NCBI GenBank assembly: GCA_050250895.1
Contig: JBFWNU010000007.1
Span: 160,001-224,000 of the forward strand
DNA length: 64,000 bases
Source of the DNA: Vulcanimicrobiota bacterium
GTDB lineage: Bacteria > Vulcanimicrobiota > Xenobia > Xenobiales > JADMJV01
Direction: 5' to 3'
The notes under the pieces: model-generated
The model's input: the letters and a program-made list of their open reading frames with translations, nothing else
What the model was told of the DNA's origin: nothing
Databases searched by the model: none
Position numbers and translations under genes: made by a program
In this document: positions 19,134-28,946 of the stretch, piece by piece
How the letters are laid out: the number at the start of each line of letters is the position of its first letter
How positions within the stretch are numbered: position 1 is the first letter of the stretch

Positions 19134-20630
19134 ATGAATCGTGAGTGGACATTTGGCCGCCGTGTCGGGGTAGGCTTCGGACTTTCCGCTATCATCCTGG
19201 TGTTTGTCTCGGTGGTTGGCTATGTGGCTACCGCCAAACTTGTCGCCAATGACGGTATGGTCAAACACAGTTACGAGGTCCGCCGGACGGTGGCCGACCT
19301 GTTCTCGGGGTTGAAAGACGCAGAGACTGGCCAGCGCGGATTCTTGATCACGGGGCTAGATTCGTATCTCGATCCTTATCGGGCGGCGGTCAGCGAGAGT
19401 CCCAACATTCTCGAGAACCTGCGCAAGCTGACTGTCGACAATCCTGACCAACAGGCTCGTCTGGGCCGGCTCAAGCCACTGGTGGAGAGCAAGTTTCGAG
19501 AGCTTCGCCAGACCATCGACCTGCGCCAGCAGTCTGGCTTCGAGGCTGCCCAGAAGATCGTACTGGAAGATACGGGTAAGGTCACCATGGACCAGATTCG
19601 AGAACTGGTCGGCGAGATCGATCGGGCCGAAGCTGACCTTCTGGCGCACCGCCGCCAACTTGCCGCCGCCAGCGCCCGAATGACCAATCTCTTTCTGCTC
19701 GGCGGTTGTGGTCTGGGTGTGGTGGTGGTGGCCCTGGTCGGCTGGTTCACCATCCGGACCCTTACCACCCAGATCGGCTCGGCCATTCAAAAAGTGCAGA
19801 GTTCCTCGGCTGAACTCCAGGCGGTGGCCAGCCAGCAGGCCTCTGGGGCCAAAGAACAGTCGAGTGCCATGACCGAGGTCACGACCACTCTGAGTGAGCT
19901 GCTGGCGACCTCGCGCCAGATCGCCGAGAGTGCGGTGCGGGTCTCCAAGATCGCCGAGCAGGCAGCCACCACGGCTCGTGCTGGAGACAGTACGGTGGCG
20001 AAGTCGCAAGAGGCCATGGCGAACATTTCACGCCAGGTAGACTCGATCGTCAGCCACATGCTGGAGCTGGGCCGAAAGTCTCAGCACATCGGAGCGGTGG
20101 TGGACATCGTGTCGGAATTGGCCGAGCAGACCAATATCTTGGCCATCAACGCCACCATCGAGGCCGCCGGTGCGGGCGAAGCCGGCAAGCGGTTCGCGGT
20201 GGTGGCCGACGAGATTCGCAAGCTGGCCGAACGGGTCACGGGCTCCACCAAGGAGATTCGGACGTTGATCGACGATGTTCGGGGGGCAGTCAACACCACG
20301 GTGATGGCCACCGAGACAGGCTCCAAGTCGGTCGAGGCGGGCAACCGCCACTTCGGCGAGGTGACCTCTTCCTTCAAGGAAATAGCCGCGGTTGCGGTGA
20401 CCACCAATGACGCAGCCCGCGAGATTGAGCTGTCCACCAAGCAGCAGGCCACTGCCGTGGAGCAGGTGAACATCGCCATCACCAACGTGGCCCAGGCCAC
20501 GCGTGAAGCCGAAGCCAGCTCGGCTCAGACTCTGCAAACGGCGTCCCAGTTGGGTCTGCTCTCCAAAGACCTGATGCGCATCATTCAGCCGGAGGCGCCC
20601 ACGCAGCACGTCCGTGTCGAAAGGAAGTAG
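19134..20630 (+). CDS. Methyl-accepting chemotaxis protein with CHASE3 sensor domain (WspA-like position)
   Basis: Two TM helices, CHASE3 motif [18 protein letters not shown] and signalling tip [37 protein letters not shown]. Confidence 0.95.
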   Translation: MNREWTFGRRVGVGFGLSAIILVFVSVVGYVATAKLVANDGMVKHSYEVRRTVADLFSGLKDAETGQRGFLITGLDSYLDPYRAAVSESPNILENLRKLTVDNPDQQARLGRLKPLVESKFRELRQTIDLRQQSGFEAAQKIVLEDTGKVTMDQIRELVGEIDRAEADLLAHRRQLAAASARMTNLFLLGGCGLGVVVVALVGWFTIRTLTTQIGSAIQKVQSSSAELQAVASQQASGAKEQSSAMTEVTTTLSELLATSRQIAESAVRVSKIAEQAATTARAGDSTVAKSQEAMANISRQVDSIVSHMLELGRKSQHIGAVVDIVSELAEQTNILAINATIEAAGAGEAGKRFAVVADEIRKLAERVTGSTKEIRTLIDDVRGAVNTTVMATETGSKSVEAGNRHFGEVTSSFKEIAAVAVTTNDAAREIELSTKQQATAVEQVNIAITNVAQATREAEASSAQTLQTASQLGLLSKDLMRIIQPEAPTQHVRVERK

Positions 20631-20633
20631 GCG

Positions 20634-21104
20634 ATGTCCGCGGCGACCGGCGAGGAGATCGACATTCTGTTGTGCAGGGCGGGGGGGCGTCTGTGTGCGC
20701 TCAGGCTGGCTGACGTGGTGGAGATCATGCGACCGCTGGCTGTCGAGCCCGTGGCCAAGGCTCCTCCCTGTGTCGATGGTCTGGCCCTGATCCGGGGGCG
20801 TCCCTGTCCGGTCTTCAATCTCGGCGAGTTGCTAGGCGGCTCGTCAAGCCCGCAGCGATTCGTGCTGATCCGGGTAGCAGGGGGCGCCGAGTCGCATGAA
20901 CGACGTCTGGCCCTCGCCGTCACCAGTGTCGAAGGCGTCGGTCGGACCGACGCCGAGGCCTTGATCGAGATGCCGCCGTTGCTCTCGTTGGCGGATGCCG
21001 AGACGGTCGAGGCGATCTCCATCCTGGACCGGCAATTGGTAACCGTATTGCGGGCGGCCGCTCTTATCAGCGAAGAAGCCTGGTCCGTTCTGGAGCCGAC
21101 GTGA
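20634..21104 (+). CDS. cheW: CheW-like adaptor
   Basis: ALRLADVVEIMRPL..P..AP..VDGLALIRGRPCPVFNL; operon context. Confidence 0.85.
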   Translation: MSAATGEEIDILLCRAGGRLCALRLADVVEIMRPLAVEPVAKAPPCVDGLALIRGRPCPVFNLGELLGGSSSPQRFVLIRVAGGAESHERRLALAVTSVEGVGRTDAEALIEMPPLLSLADAETVEAISILDRQLVTVLRAAALISEEAWSVLEPT

Positions 21105-22558
21105 CAGACCCGCCCACCGAGCAGCAACTTGCCACTTTCCGTTCTTGGGTTCTCAATAACCTCGGTCTGTCGTTTGATGGGGATCAGTCGAACCTGCTGG
21201 CCGAGGTCTTGAGCCGTCGAAGCCGGCACGGTCAAGTCGATCCCGACAGTTATTTGCAAGCACTGTCCGGTGGCGACGACCGAGAGAAGCGGATGTTGGC
21301 CACCGAGTTGACGGTGGGGGAGACCTACTTTTTTCGTCATCGAGAGCAGATGGCCGCCTATCTGAACCAGGCTCTGGGCTGGAGCCAGATGCGCCCGGTC
21401 CGGCCCCTGAGGGTGTTGTCGGCAGGGTGCTCGACCGGAGAAGAGGTGTACTCCCTGGTCATGCTGGCCAGACAGGCCGGGCTCAGCCCAAGCGAGACCA
21501 GTTTCCTGGCTCTGGATGTGAATCCGGTCGTGATCAAGAAGGCTCGAGCCGGTAGCTACTCGGGTTGGTCCTTGCGAGAGACGCCGCAAGAGCTTCGCGA
21601 TCGATGGTTTCGCCGGGACGGCTCGCGCTATCTTCTCGACCCGGAAATCGTGGCCAGCGTGGAGTTTAGCGAGTGCAACCTGCTATCTTCGACGAACCAG
21701 CTCTGCCAATCTTATTCCTTTGATGTCATCTTCTGCCGCAACCTGTTGATGTACCTCGGTCCGCACCAGGCCCAGGCGGTAGTCGCTCGTTTGGAGTCGT
21801 CGCTTGTCCTCGGCGGCTATCTCTTTCTGGGTCATGCCGAGTCTCTGCGGGGCCTTTCCGAGAGACTCCAGGTAATGAACACGCATGGTTGCTTCTACTA
21901 TCGCCGGGGGGACGGGCCGGCTACACCGCTAACGGCCGGTCCCACTATCAGTGGACCGTTGTCCCCGGACTGGGCCGAGGCCATCCAGGCAGCCAGTGAG
22001 CGCATTGAACAGATCGGCTTGACGGGCCGCCAGACAATCCGGCCGGCCCCGACCTCACCCGACCTTGGCCGCATCCGAGAGTTGCACGAGAGCGAGCGCT
22101 ATGCCGAGGCCCTGGAAGTGTTGCGCCGCCTGCCGTCCGATACGCGCGAGCTTCCTGAGGCCGTCCTGCTGCAAGCGGTTCTGGCAGTGCAACTGAGCGA
22201 CTTTCAGGACGCCGAGGCGTCATGCCGACGCCTGCTGGAGGGGGCCAATTTCGCTGCCGGGGCCCACTACTTGTTGGCCCTGTGTCGGGAAGGAAGGGGG
22301 GAGCGGGAGGCTGCCGTGGCTGAGCACTCGGCCGCGATCACACTGGATCCCGGCTTCGCCATGCCCCGATTGCATCTCGGCTTGTTGGCCCGCCGAGCCC
22401 GTGACCTGCCGACCGCTCGTAAAGAACTGGCAAGAGCCCTTTTGCTCTTGCAGAGCGAGGACTTGCCTCGCTTGCGGCTGTTTGGTGGCGGTTTCGGCAG
22501 AGAGGCGCTAGTCGAACTCTGCCGGAGCGAGCTGAGGTCTTGCGAGGTGTCCAGATGA
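21101..22558 (+). CDS. cheR: CheR methyltransferase with C-terminal TPR domain (WspC-like)
   Basis: LTVGETYFFRH, SAGCSTGEEVYS, DVIFCRNLLMYL and GGYLFLGHAESL; TPR AHYLLAL..LDPGFAMPRLHLGLL. Confidence 0.92.
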   Translation: MTDPPTEQQLATFRSWVLNNLGLSFDGDQSNLLAEVLSRRSRHGQVDPDSYLQALSGGDDREKRMLATELTVGETYFFRHREQMAAYLNQALGWSQMRPVRPLRVLSAGCSTGEEVYSLVMLARQAGLSPSETSFLALDVNPVVIKKARAGSYSGWSLRETPQELRDRWFRRDGSRYLLDPEIVASVEFSECNLLSSTNQLCQSYSFDVIFCRNLLMYLGPHQAQAVVARLESSLVLGGYLFLGHAESLRGLSERLQVMNTHGCFYYRRGDGPATPLTAGPTISGPLSPDWAEAIQAASERIEQIGLTGRQTIRPAPTSPDLGRIRELHESERYAEALEVLRRLPSDTRELPEAVLLQAVLAVQLSDFQDAEASCRRLLEGANFAAGAHYLLALCREGRGEREAAVAEHSAAITLDPGFAMPRLHLGLLARRARDLPTARKELARALLLLQSEDLPRLRLFGGGFGREALVELCRSELRSCEVSR

Positions 22559-23049
22559 GCGAAGCGAGGGCCGCCCATTTGCGCAAAGAGTTTGACGCTG
22601 CGTTCCAGCGCCAACCGGAGGCGGCCCGGGCCAAAGGCGAGGAGTTGCTGGTCATTCGAGTCGGCGACCAGTCCTATGCCCTGCGACTGGCCCAGATCGA
22701 GGGGATAGTCAAAGAGAAGAAGATCACGCCTTTGCCGGGCGCCCCCAGGGGGCTATTGGGTATCGCCGGCTTCCGGGGAGTGCTGGTTGGCGTCTACGAT
22801 CTCGCCTCCTGGCTTGGCCAATCTCGACAGATTGGAACCTGGTTGGCCCTGGTTCGAACCAAGGACGGAGCCGGCCTGGCTCTAGCCTTCGATAGCCTGG
22901 AAAGCCAGCTTACTCTGGACCCGAGCAAGTTGGTCGCCCACGACTCGGGCCTTCACGTGGACAGCCTGGCCCAAACAGCCGAAGGACCATTGCCAGTTCT
23001 TTCTCTCCCTTCGCTGCTGCAGAGCCTGACCCAAGGCAAGGGGGTGTAG
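22555..23049 (+). CDS. cheW: Second CheW-like adaptor
   Basis: ITPLPGAPRGLLGIAGFRGVLVGVYDL; ATGA overlap with cheR. Confidence 0.85.
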   Translation: MSEARAAHLRKEFDAAFQRQPEAARAKGEELLVIRVGDQSYALRLAQIEGIVKEKKITPLPGAPRGLLGIAGFRGVLVGVYDLASWLGQSRQIGTWLALVRTKDGAGLALAFDSLESQLTLDPSKLVAHDSGLHVDSLAQTAEGPLPVLSLPSLLQSLTQGKGV

Positions 23050-23051
23050 CC

Positions 23052-25088
23052 GTGGCTCGAGACCTGACCGTCTACTTCCTGGCTGAGGCTCGGGAGATCG
23101 TGCAGAACCTGTCCCAGGATACCCTCAATTTCGAGAGCCGACCGACGGCCGAATTGCTCTCTCGAATGTTTCGCCTGGCCCACACTCTCAAGGGTGCCGC
23201 CAGGGTGGCCAAACAACCAGGCGTGGCCCAGTCTATTCATCAATTCGAGGAGATTCTGGGCGCCCACCGAGATGCCCCGGAGAGTCTTCCGGCTAAAGGG
23301 GTCGAGGAGCTTTTCCGGTTGCTCGACGAGATTACTGCCGAATTGGCGAAGTTGGAGCCGGCTGCCCAGCCCTCGTCACCTCGGGAGAAGACCGAGGCCC
23401 CCCCGGGGGGGACGCAAGCGGTGGGGGTAGCCGGACTGCCCGGCCACCATGGAGTGGATGTGGATCGGCTGCTCGAGGATCTTCGGGCCGCTACCGGCCA
23501 ACTAGAGGGGCTGCGGAGTAATCTGCTCAACATCGAGCGAGGCAAAACGCTGGGCGAGCTTTTGCTGGCTCAGCTGACGGCCGAGGGCGTGCCCAAGTCG
23601 GTGCGTTTCGTGGCCGAGGAGCTGCAGGCGGAGTTGCGCGGACTGGAGCGCAACCTGGCTTTCGGGGTCGACCAGATGGGGCGCGAGCTGCGTGAAGCCC
23701 AGGAGAGTACAGAAAAGCTTCGGCTGGTGCGAGCCGACGCCCTATTCCCCCTGCTGAGGCGGGCTTTGCGGGATGCGGCCACCGAGCAGGGCTGCGAAGT
23801 CGAACTGCTGGCCCTTGGCGGCGAAGTGCGCCTCGAAGCGACCGTGCTGAGTGCAGTGCAGAACGCTTTGATTCAGGCCTTGCGCAACAGTGTTGCGCAC
23901 GGGATCGAGTCCCCCCCGGAGCGCCAGCGGGCGGGTAAACCGACCAGGGCTACGGTCAGGCTCGAAATCGCCCGTCGAGGTCGTCGAGTGGTCTTTCGCT
24001 GCCGGGATGACGGGCGCGGGATCGATCTGGCGGCGGCCGAGCATCAGCTCAGAGCCAAAGGAGTTCCGGTGGCTGGGCTTGACCGCGAAGGCCTTCTGTT
24101 GGCCCTGATGCAGGGCGGCGTCAGCACGGCCGGGCAGGTCACCCAGGCGGCCGGTCGCGGCATCGGGTTGGACGTGATTCGCCAAACGGCCGCTGAATTT
24201 GGCGGAGAGGCTCACCTGCAAACCGAGGCCGGCAAGTTCACCGAGGTCATCATCAGCCTGCCCTGGGCCGCAGCGGGAATGGATTTCCTGGAGCTGTGCG
24301 CTCAAGCCGACCACCAGGAGGTGCAGACTACGCTGCTGCTACCTTTGGATTGTGTGCGGGCGGTGCTGGGGTTAAAGCCCGAGGACATTTTACGGCAGGC
24401 CGATGGCGAGACGATCGTGTACGAGGGCCAGGCCGTGCGCATGCTTTCCCTCAACGTAATTCTCGGGATTTCAGAGGCGGTGGGGCGGGCAGTCGCAGTG
24501 CTCGAGGCCTCGCAAGGCTTGGTGGCTTTGTCGGTGAGTTCTTTTCAGGGAGTCAGCGTGGCACGTCTGCTGCCTTTGCCTTTTTTGACCGAGGCGGCCA
24601 GCTTCATCGCCGGAGCGACCCTGGATGCGCACGGGGACGCCCGCCTAGTCCTGGACCCCGACGGCCTCTTCGAGGAGGCTCGCCAAACTCGCTCGACGGT
24701 CGCCGAAACCATGATCCGCGACACCGCCAGCTTGCTGGTGATCGATGATTCCTTGACCACCCGGATGTTACAGCAGAGTATTTTGGAATCGGCCGGCTAC
24801 AAAGTGGACCTGGCCAACTCCGCCGAACAAGGTCTGGAGAAGTTGCAGGAACGGCCTTATGACCTGATCCTGGTAGATGTGGAGATGCCCGGCATCGATG
24901 GATTCACCTTTGTCGAGCGCATTCGTGCAGATCCCGCCCTTCAAGCCATCCCGGCTATCCTGGTGACTTCTCGCGATGCGCCCGAGGACAAATTGCGGGG
25001 GCGCAACGTCGGAGCGCAAGGCTACATGGTAAAGAGCGAGTTCGACCAAAAGCAGATGCTGCAACAGATACGGAAGCTTCTCAGATGA
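23052..25088 (+). CDS. cheA: CheA-REC hybrid kinase (WspE-like)
   Basis: Hpt FRLAHTLKGAA, LRNSVAHGIE, DDGRGID, GRGIGLDV, a CheW domain and a C-terminal REC (DVEMPGIDG). Confidence 0.92.
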   Translation: MARDLTVYFLAEAREIVQNLSQDTLNFESRPTAELLSRMFRLAHTLKGAARVAKQPGVAQSIHQFEEILGAHRDAPESLPAKGVEELFRLLDEITAELAKLEPAAQPSSPREKTEAPPGGTQAVGVAGLPGHHGVDVDRLLEDLRAATGQLEGLRSNLLNIERGKTLGELLLAQLTAEGVPKSVRFVAEELQAELRGLERNLAFGVDQMGRELREAQESTEKLRLVRADALFPLLRRALRDAATEQGCEVELLALGGEVRLEATVLSAVQNALIQALRNSVAHGIESPPERQRAGKPTRATVRLEIARRGRRVVFRCRDDGRGIDLAAAEHQLRAKGVPVAGLDREGLLLALMQGGVSTAGQVTQAAGRGIGLDVIRQTAAEFGGEAHLQTEAGKFTEVIISLPWAAAGMDFLELCAQADHQEVQTTLLLPLDCVRAVLGLKPEDILRQADGETIVYEGQAVRMLSLNVILGISEAVGRAVAVLEASQGLVALSVSSFQGVSVARLLPLPFLTEAASFIAGATLDAHGDARLVLDPDGLFEEARQTRSTVAETMIRDTASLLVIDDSLTTRMLQQSILESAGYKVDLANSAEQGLEKLQERPYDLILVDVEMPGIDGFTFVERIRADPALQAIPAILVTSRDAPEDKLRGRNVGAQGYMVKSEFDQKQMLQQIRKLLR

Positions 25089-26143
25089 CGGGCGGCCCGA
25101 TTCGAGTATTGGTGGTGGACGACTCTCTCACCGTGCGCCGGGCCATCGGGGGGGTGCTGAGGCGGTCGCCCGAGTTCGAGTTGGCTGGGGAGGCCGAGAA
25201 CGGCCTTCAGGCCTTCGAACTGTGCCGTAGCCTGCGACCGGATGTGGTGACCATGGACATGGTCATGCCAGAGATGGATGGACTGAGGGCTACCGAACAG
25301 ATCATGGCCTTTTGTCCCACCCCCATTCTGGTCGTGTCTTCCTCGCTCAATCGAGGGGAGGTTTTTCAGACCTACGAGGCCCTGGCAGCCGGAGCGGTGG
25401 ATGTGCTCGACAAAGTGACCGACAACGATTGCGAAGATTGGGAGGCCCGGCTGCTCGCGACTCTTCGTCTGGTTTCGAGGGTGCGGGTCATCACGCATCC
25501 GCGAGGTCGGTTGGGTGGCCTGGGAAAGCCATCCGACGGCATAGGGTCTACGCTACAACCCTTCGAACCCAGGGGAGGGAGCCACCTCCTGGCCCTGGGA
25601 GCTTCGACGGGTGGTCCTGGAGCGGTGGCGGAGATCCTGCGAGCCCTTCCCCCGGGTTTGGCTGTGCCGATCCTGTTGGTCCTACACATCGGCGAGCCGT
25701 TCGGGGATAGCCTCGCCAGTTGGCTCGACTCCCAGACCTCTTACCAGGTGCGCTACCCGGTGGAGGGAGAGCGCCTGTCTGAGGCCGATGGGGTGCTGAT
25801 GGCCCCTCCCTCGAGGCATTTGGTGCTGCGAGCCGGTCGTCTTTGGCTGACCGACGACCCCGAACGTCACTCCTGTCGCCCCTCGGTGGATGTCCTTTTC
25901 GAATCCCTGGCACGTGAAGTAGGTCCGAGGACCTGCGCGTGTCTCTTGACCGGGATGGGTGTCGACGGAGCGGCCGGGCTACTGGCCTTACGGGCAGCGG
26001 GAGCGCGCACCATCGCCCAGGACGAACCCTCGTCGGTGGTCTACGGCATGCCGAAAGAGGCGGTTCGGCTAGGGGCAGCTCAGCTCGTCCTACCCCTGTC
26101 GCACATCGCCTCCGCCTTGGCGGATGCCGTTCACGGGAGGTAG
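25085..26143 (+). CDS. cheB: CheB methylesterase with REC domain
   Basis: REC domain plus GASTGGP, VLHI, RPSVDVLF, LLTGMGVDGA and QDE.SSVVYGMP. Confidence 0.95.
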   Translation: MTGGPIRVLVVDDSLTVRRAIGGVLRRSPEFELAGEAENGLQAFELCRSLRPDVVTMDMVMPEMDGLRATEQIMAFCPTPILVVSSSLNRGEVFQTYEALAAGAVDVLDKVTDNDCEDWEARLLATLRLVSRVRVITHPRGRLGGLGKPSDGIGSTLQPFEPRGGSHLLALGASTGGPGAVAEILRALPPGLAVPILLVLHIGEPFGDSLASWLDSQTSYQVRYPVEGERLSEADGVLMAPPSRHLVLRAGRLWLTDDPERHSCRPSVDVLFESLAREVGPRTCACLLTGMGVDGAAGLLALRAAGARTIAQDEPSSVVYGMPKEAVRLGAAQLVLPLSHIASALADAVHGR

Positions 26144-26252
26144 GCAGGGTCAGCCGATCACGGTCGCCTCGAGCCTCAGAGGCGGCGCGCTCGCTGTCAG
26201 GCCAGCCCTCTCTCCAGGTTGCCGAGGAGCGCCGGCAGGTGGGTGTCAAGGT

Positions 26253-27359
26253 CTAAGCCTCGATCAGGGTGTAACTAAACGACGACCGCCCTCCGCCCAC
26301 GGCCGACAAGAAGCGGTCATACTCCGGGGGCGACATCGTCTGGCAACCGATGGAACGGGGCGAGTTGGGGTTGCCGGGGTGAAACAGCACGGCACTGAGC
26401 GTGTCTCCTCGGGCCTCTGAGGTGGCCCGCTCGCTGGCACTATAGTTGCCGTCGTGGTTGGTGTCGCGCCAGCCCTGAAGGCGACCCGAGCCGCTCTCGG
26501 AGCGAACGTGGAAGCTGGCCGCTCCCCCGTGGTTGCCGTTGGGCACGACCTGATAGGTCCCGGGCGCGATCATCCCCACATCGCCCCGGCCGTCGCCGGT
26601 GATGTCGGGGGAGGAGGTGCTCGAACTCTGGCCGGGATAGGTGGCCCCGCGAATCACCTCGACACCACCACCGGGACGCAGCACCACGAACGAATCGTTG
26701 TAGCGGTTTCCTTCCTGATTGCGCTGGCGAAGGCTATTGCCGTTGTGAAGGTCGGCAGTTTGGTTGTCGTCCGGGTCCAGGCCGCGCAAGCCAAGGACAT
26801 AGGTTCGATTGGGATCGACCTCCACGCCCTGCTGTTGTAGCAGGTTGGCGTAGTGCTGGTAGCGCTCTGGCTGGCTGGCTCCTCGGGGTGGGTGGCTGAC
26901 CGGACCGGCCGGTCGGGGCGGGGTGGGGATCGACTCTTCGGGAGTGGGTGTGACCTGGGCGGGGCGGGCGTGGTTGAGCGAGCCCATGGTCTCGGGCCCA
27001 ACGATACCGTCTAGCTTGAGATTGCGCTTCTCTTGCAGTTGGCGGATGGCGGCCTCGGTATCGCGTCCGAGCACGCCATCGACCTCCAGGTTGGCGCCGG
27101 TTTGCTCGTTGAGCATCCGCTGCAACTGTTTGACTTCTTCGCCGCGTGAACCGCGACGCAAGAGTTGGTCGGGCGCGAGTTCGAGCTTGGGAGAGCTGGC
27201 CACCTGGTGCCAGCCGTCGTCGAGGGCCAGGTTGGCCACCCGGGCGGCCGGCGGGCCCGCATCCAGGGGTTGCCACGAGGCGTTGGAGCTGGTGGGGGCG
27301 GCGGTGGCCGGGCGGGACCAGTTGGTCGTCGGGGCCGGGGTGTTGATCTTGATGGGCAT
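26253..27359 (-). CDS. Peptidoglycan-binding domain protein with putative YkuD/L,D-transpeptidase-like C-terminal domain
   Basis: SD AGGGAG and ATG 27359; PG_binding_1 LRRGSRGEEVKQLQ..DGVLGRDT..DGIVGPET; C-terminal H..SIGC motif (LFHPGNPNSPRSIGCQT). Confidence 0.75.
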   Translation of the reverse strand: MPIKINTPAPTTNWSRPATAAPTSSNASWQPLDAGPPAARVANLALDDGWHQVASSPKLELAPDQLLRRGSRGEEVKQLQRMLNEQTGANLEVDGVLGRDTEAAIRQLQEKRNLKLDGIVGPETMGSLNHARPAQVTPTPEESIPTPPRPAGPVSHPPRGASQPERYQHYANLLQQQGVEVDPNRTYVLGLRGLDPDDNQTADLHNGNSLRQRNQEGNRYNDSFVVLRPGGGVEVIRGATYPGQSSSTSSPDITGDGRGDVGMIAPGTYQVVPNGNHGGAASFHVRSESGSGRLQGWRDTNHDGNYSASERATSEARGDTLSAVLFHPGNPNSPRSIGCQTMSPPEYDRFLSAVGGGRSSFSYTLIEA

Positions 27360-27488
27360 GGTGGTCTCCCTTGGCGAGATTTGTCTCCACCATAGCCGCT
27401 GCGGCTGATATCGAGCTGACCATGGTCCAACAGATGTAACATTCTTGGGCCAGGCGGAATTTGGCGCGGCCCGGAGAATCGGCCGGCC

Positions 27489-28946
27489 ATGCGAGTGTTT
27501 CTGTTGTTGATTGTCTTGTCCGTGCCGGCGCTGGCCCAACCGTGGAACTGGGCGCACCAGTACAAGGTGGAGGAGGTGCTCAAAGACCCCGAGCCCTTCT
27601 TGCAGCGATACGTCGAGGGCGAGGCCCGCTTTTTCGCCATGGCCCGCCACCCCCAGAGCGCTTTGACCTATGACGGTTGGAATCTCGACGAGCAGGGCAG
27701 GCCGATTGGGCCCCGAGACTTTTCCGCTCCCTCGAAAGAGTCGCTGGATGTGGCGCTGTTGACCAAAGGGATCGAGGGTCACCCCCTGGCAGCTCGTTTG
27801 ATCTCGCCTGACGATCCCAGGCGGGCCCCCGGATTGGCGGCCGAGATCCTCGAGCGCAAGCTCGACAGCTACTGGGCTTGGTACCAGAAATACCCGGGCT
27901 ATGGTGGCTACTTCCCCTGGTTCAAATGCGGTGAGGCGATCGAGCCCACCGACGACTGGGTAGGAGCCATTTGCGGCCTCGACAACGGCGAATGGGTCTG
28001 GTCGATGTTGGTGGCCGAACGCGAAGCCCGTTACCGCTATCCCGAGCTGGCCGAGAAGCTCCACCGCTTCAATTCGCTGCTCAAGGAACGGGCCGCCCCG
28101 ATCTTCTACGACCCCCTGGCTGGCCTGGTGCGCGGCGACGCCAAGATCCTCGACATGAAAGACCCCAACACGGGCTATGTCACCAACACCAAAGGAGCCA
28201 GGTTTCTGTGGGGCGAGCACACCGTGCACGAAGGAGTCATGCTGGTGATGTTCGTGACCCTCTACGGGCAAGGCTTGCCGGCCGATGCCTCCGAGCGTAT
28301 CTGGGCCGGCACCCGCATGTTGCGGGTCGACCACCCTTACGGCACCAGTTGGCAGGCCTGGTATGGCTCAGCCCACGAGGAGTGGGCCTATCTCTTCTTG
28401 CCTTATCGTGACATGCCCGAATATAGCGACCTGTTTCGCATTCGTCAGGCCATTCGCACCCAGAACGCCAATCACCGCGGCTACCCGGGGCTGCACGCCT
28501 CGGCCCTGACTCCGGGCCAGAAAGGCTACTGGACCGGAAGCGGCATCGAGGGTCTGGGCACGCAGAAGCTGATCCATCAAGAGATGTTCGCCCTCTACGG
28601 CGCCTATCCGGTCATTCTCGAGGACCGGGCCGTGGGGGCCGCCTGGCTTCTCAACATGCTGCAGGGGCCGGGTCAGCAGACCGAACTCGGTGGGGGCGAG
28701 TCGGGCTTGATGGACGGTAGCGCCTGGTGCTCGTCCAAGACCATCGATGGCACGTTCACCATCTTGTTGGCGGTCATGGGTGGAATGGACAAAGAGACCA
28801 CCGAGCTACTGCGAGAAGATGGTCTCTACGACCAGTTTCGCGAGATCATGGGCCGGGAGTATCGCGAAGCCTTCGGCACGGCCGCCCTGCAAGAACCGGC
28901 CGGCCTGATCGGTCCGCCCGGCCCGGTTCCCCGTGCAACCCCGTAA
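27489..28946 (+). CDS. Exported glycoside hydrolase resembling endo-beta-1,2-glucanase (fungal SGL/GH162-like)
   Basis: Signal peptide; FSAPSKESL, YPGYGGYFPW, LDNGEW.W and W.GSAHEEW resemble motifs I recall from fungal SGL proteins. Confidence 0.6.
   Translation: MRVFLLLIVLSVPALAQPWNWAHQYKVEEVLKDPEPFLQRYVEGEARFFAMARHPQSALTYDGWNLDEQGRPIGPRDFSAPSKESLDVALLTKGIEGHPLAARLISPDDPRRAPGLAAEILERKLDSYWAWYQKYPGYGGYFPWFKCGEAIEPTDDWVGAICGLDNGEWVWSMLVAEREARYRYPELAEKLHRFNSLLKERAAPIFYDPLAGLVRGDAKILDMKDPNTGYVTNTKGARFLWGEHTVHEGVMLVMFVTLYGQGLPADASERIWAGTRMLRVDHPYGTSWQAWYGSAHEEWAYLFLPYRDMPEYSDLFRIRQAIRTQNANHRGYPGLHASALTPGQKGYWTGSGIEGLGTQKLIHQEMFALYGAYPVILEDRAVGAAWLLNMLQGPGQQTELGGGESGLMDGSAWCSSKTIDGTFTILLAVMGGMDKETTELLREDGLYDQFREIMGREYREAFGTAALQEPAGLIGPPGPVPRATP

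Larger units (their letters stand above)
16666..26271. mobile_element. Putative integrated island carrying the chemosensory cluster, bounded by direct repeats
   Basis: TAAGCCTCGATCAcGGGTG at 16666-16684 and TAAGCCTCGATCAGGGTG at 26254-26271. No integrase or transposase lies inside. Confidence 0.55.

Noticed and set aside
27360-28334. N-terminal 325 aa of ORF 26253..28334
   Set aside because: This is the antisense shadow of the glycoside hydrolase gene; the real start with an SD is ATG 27359.
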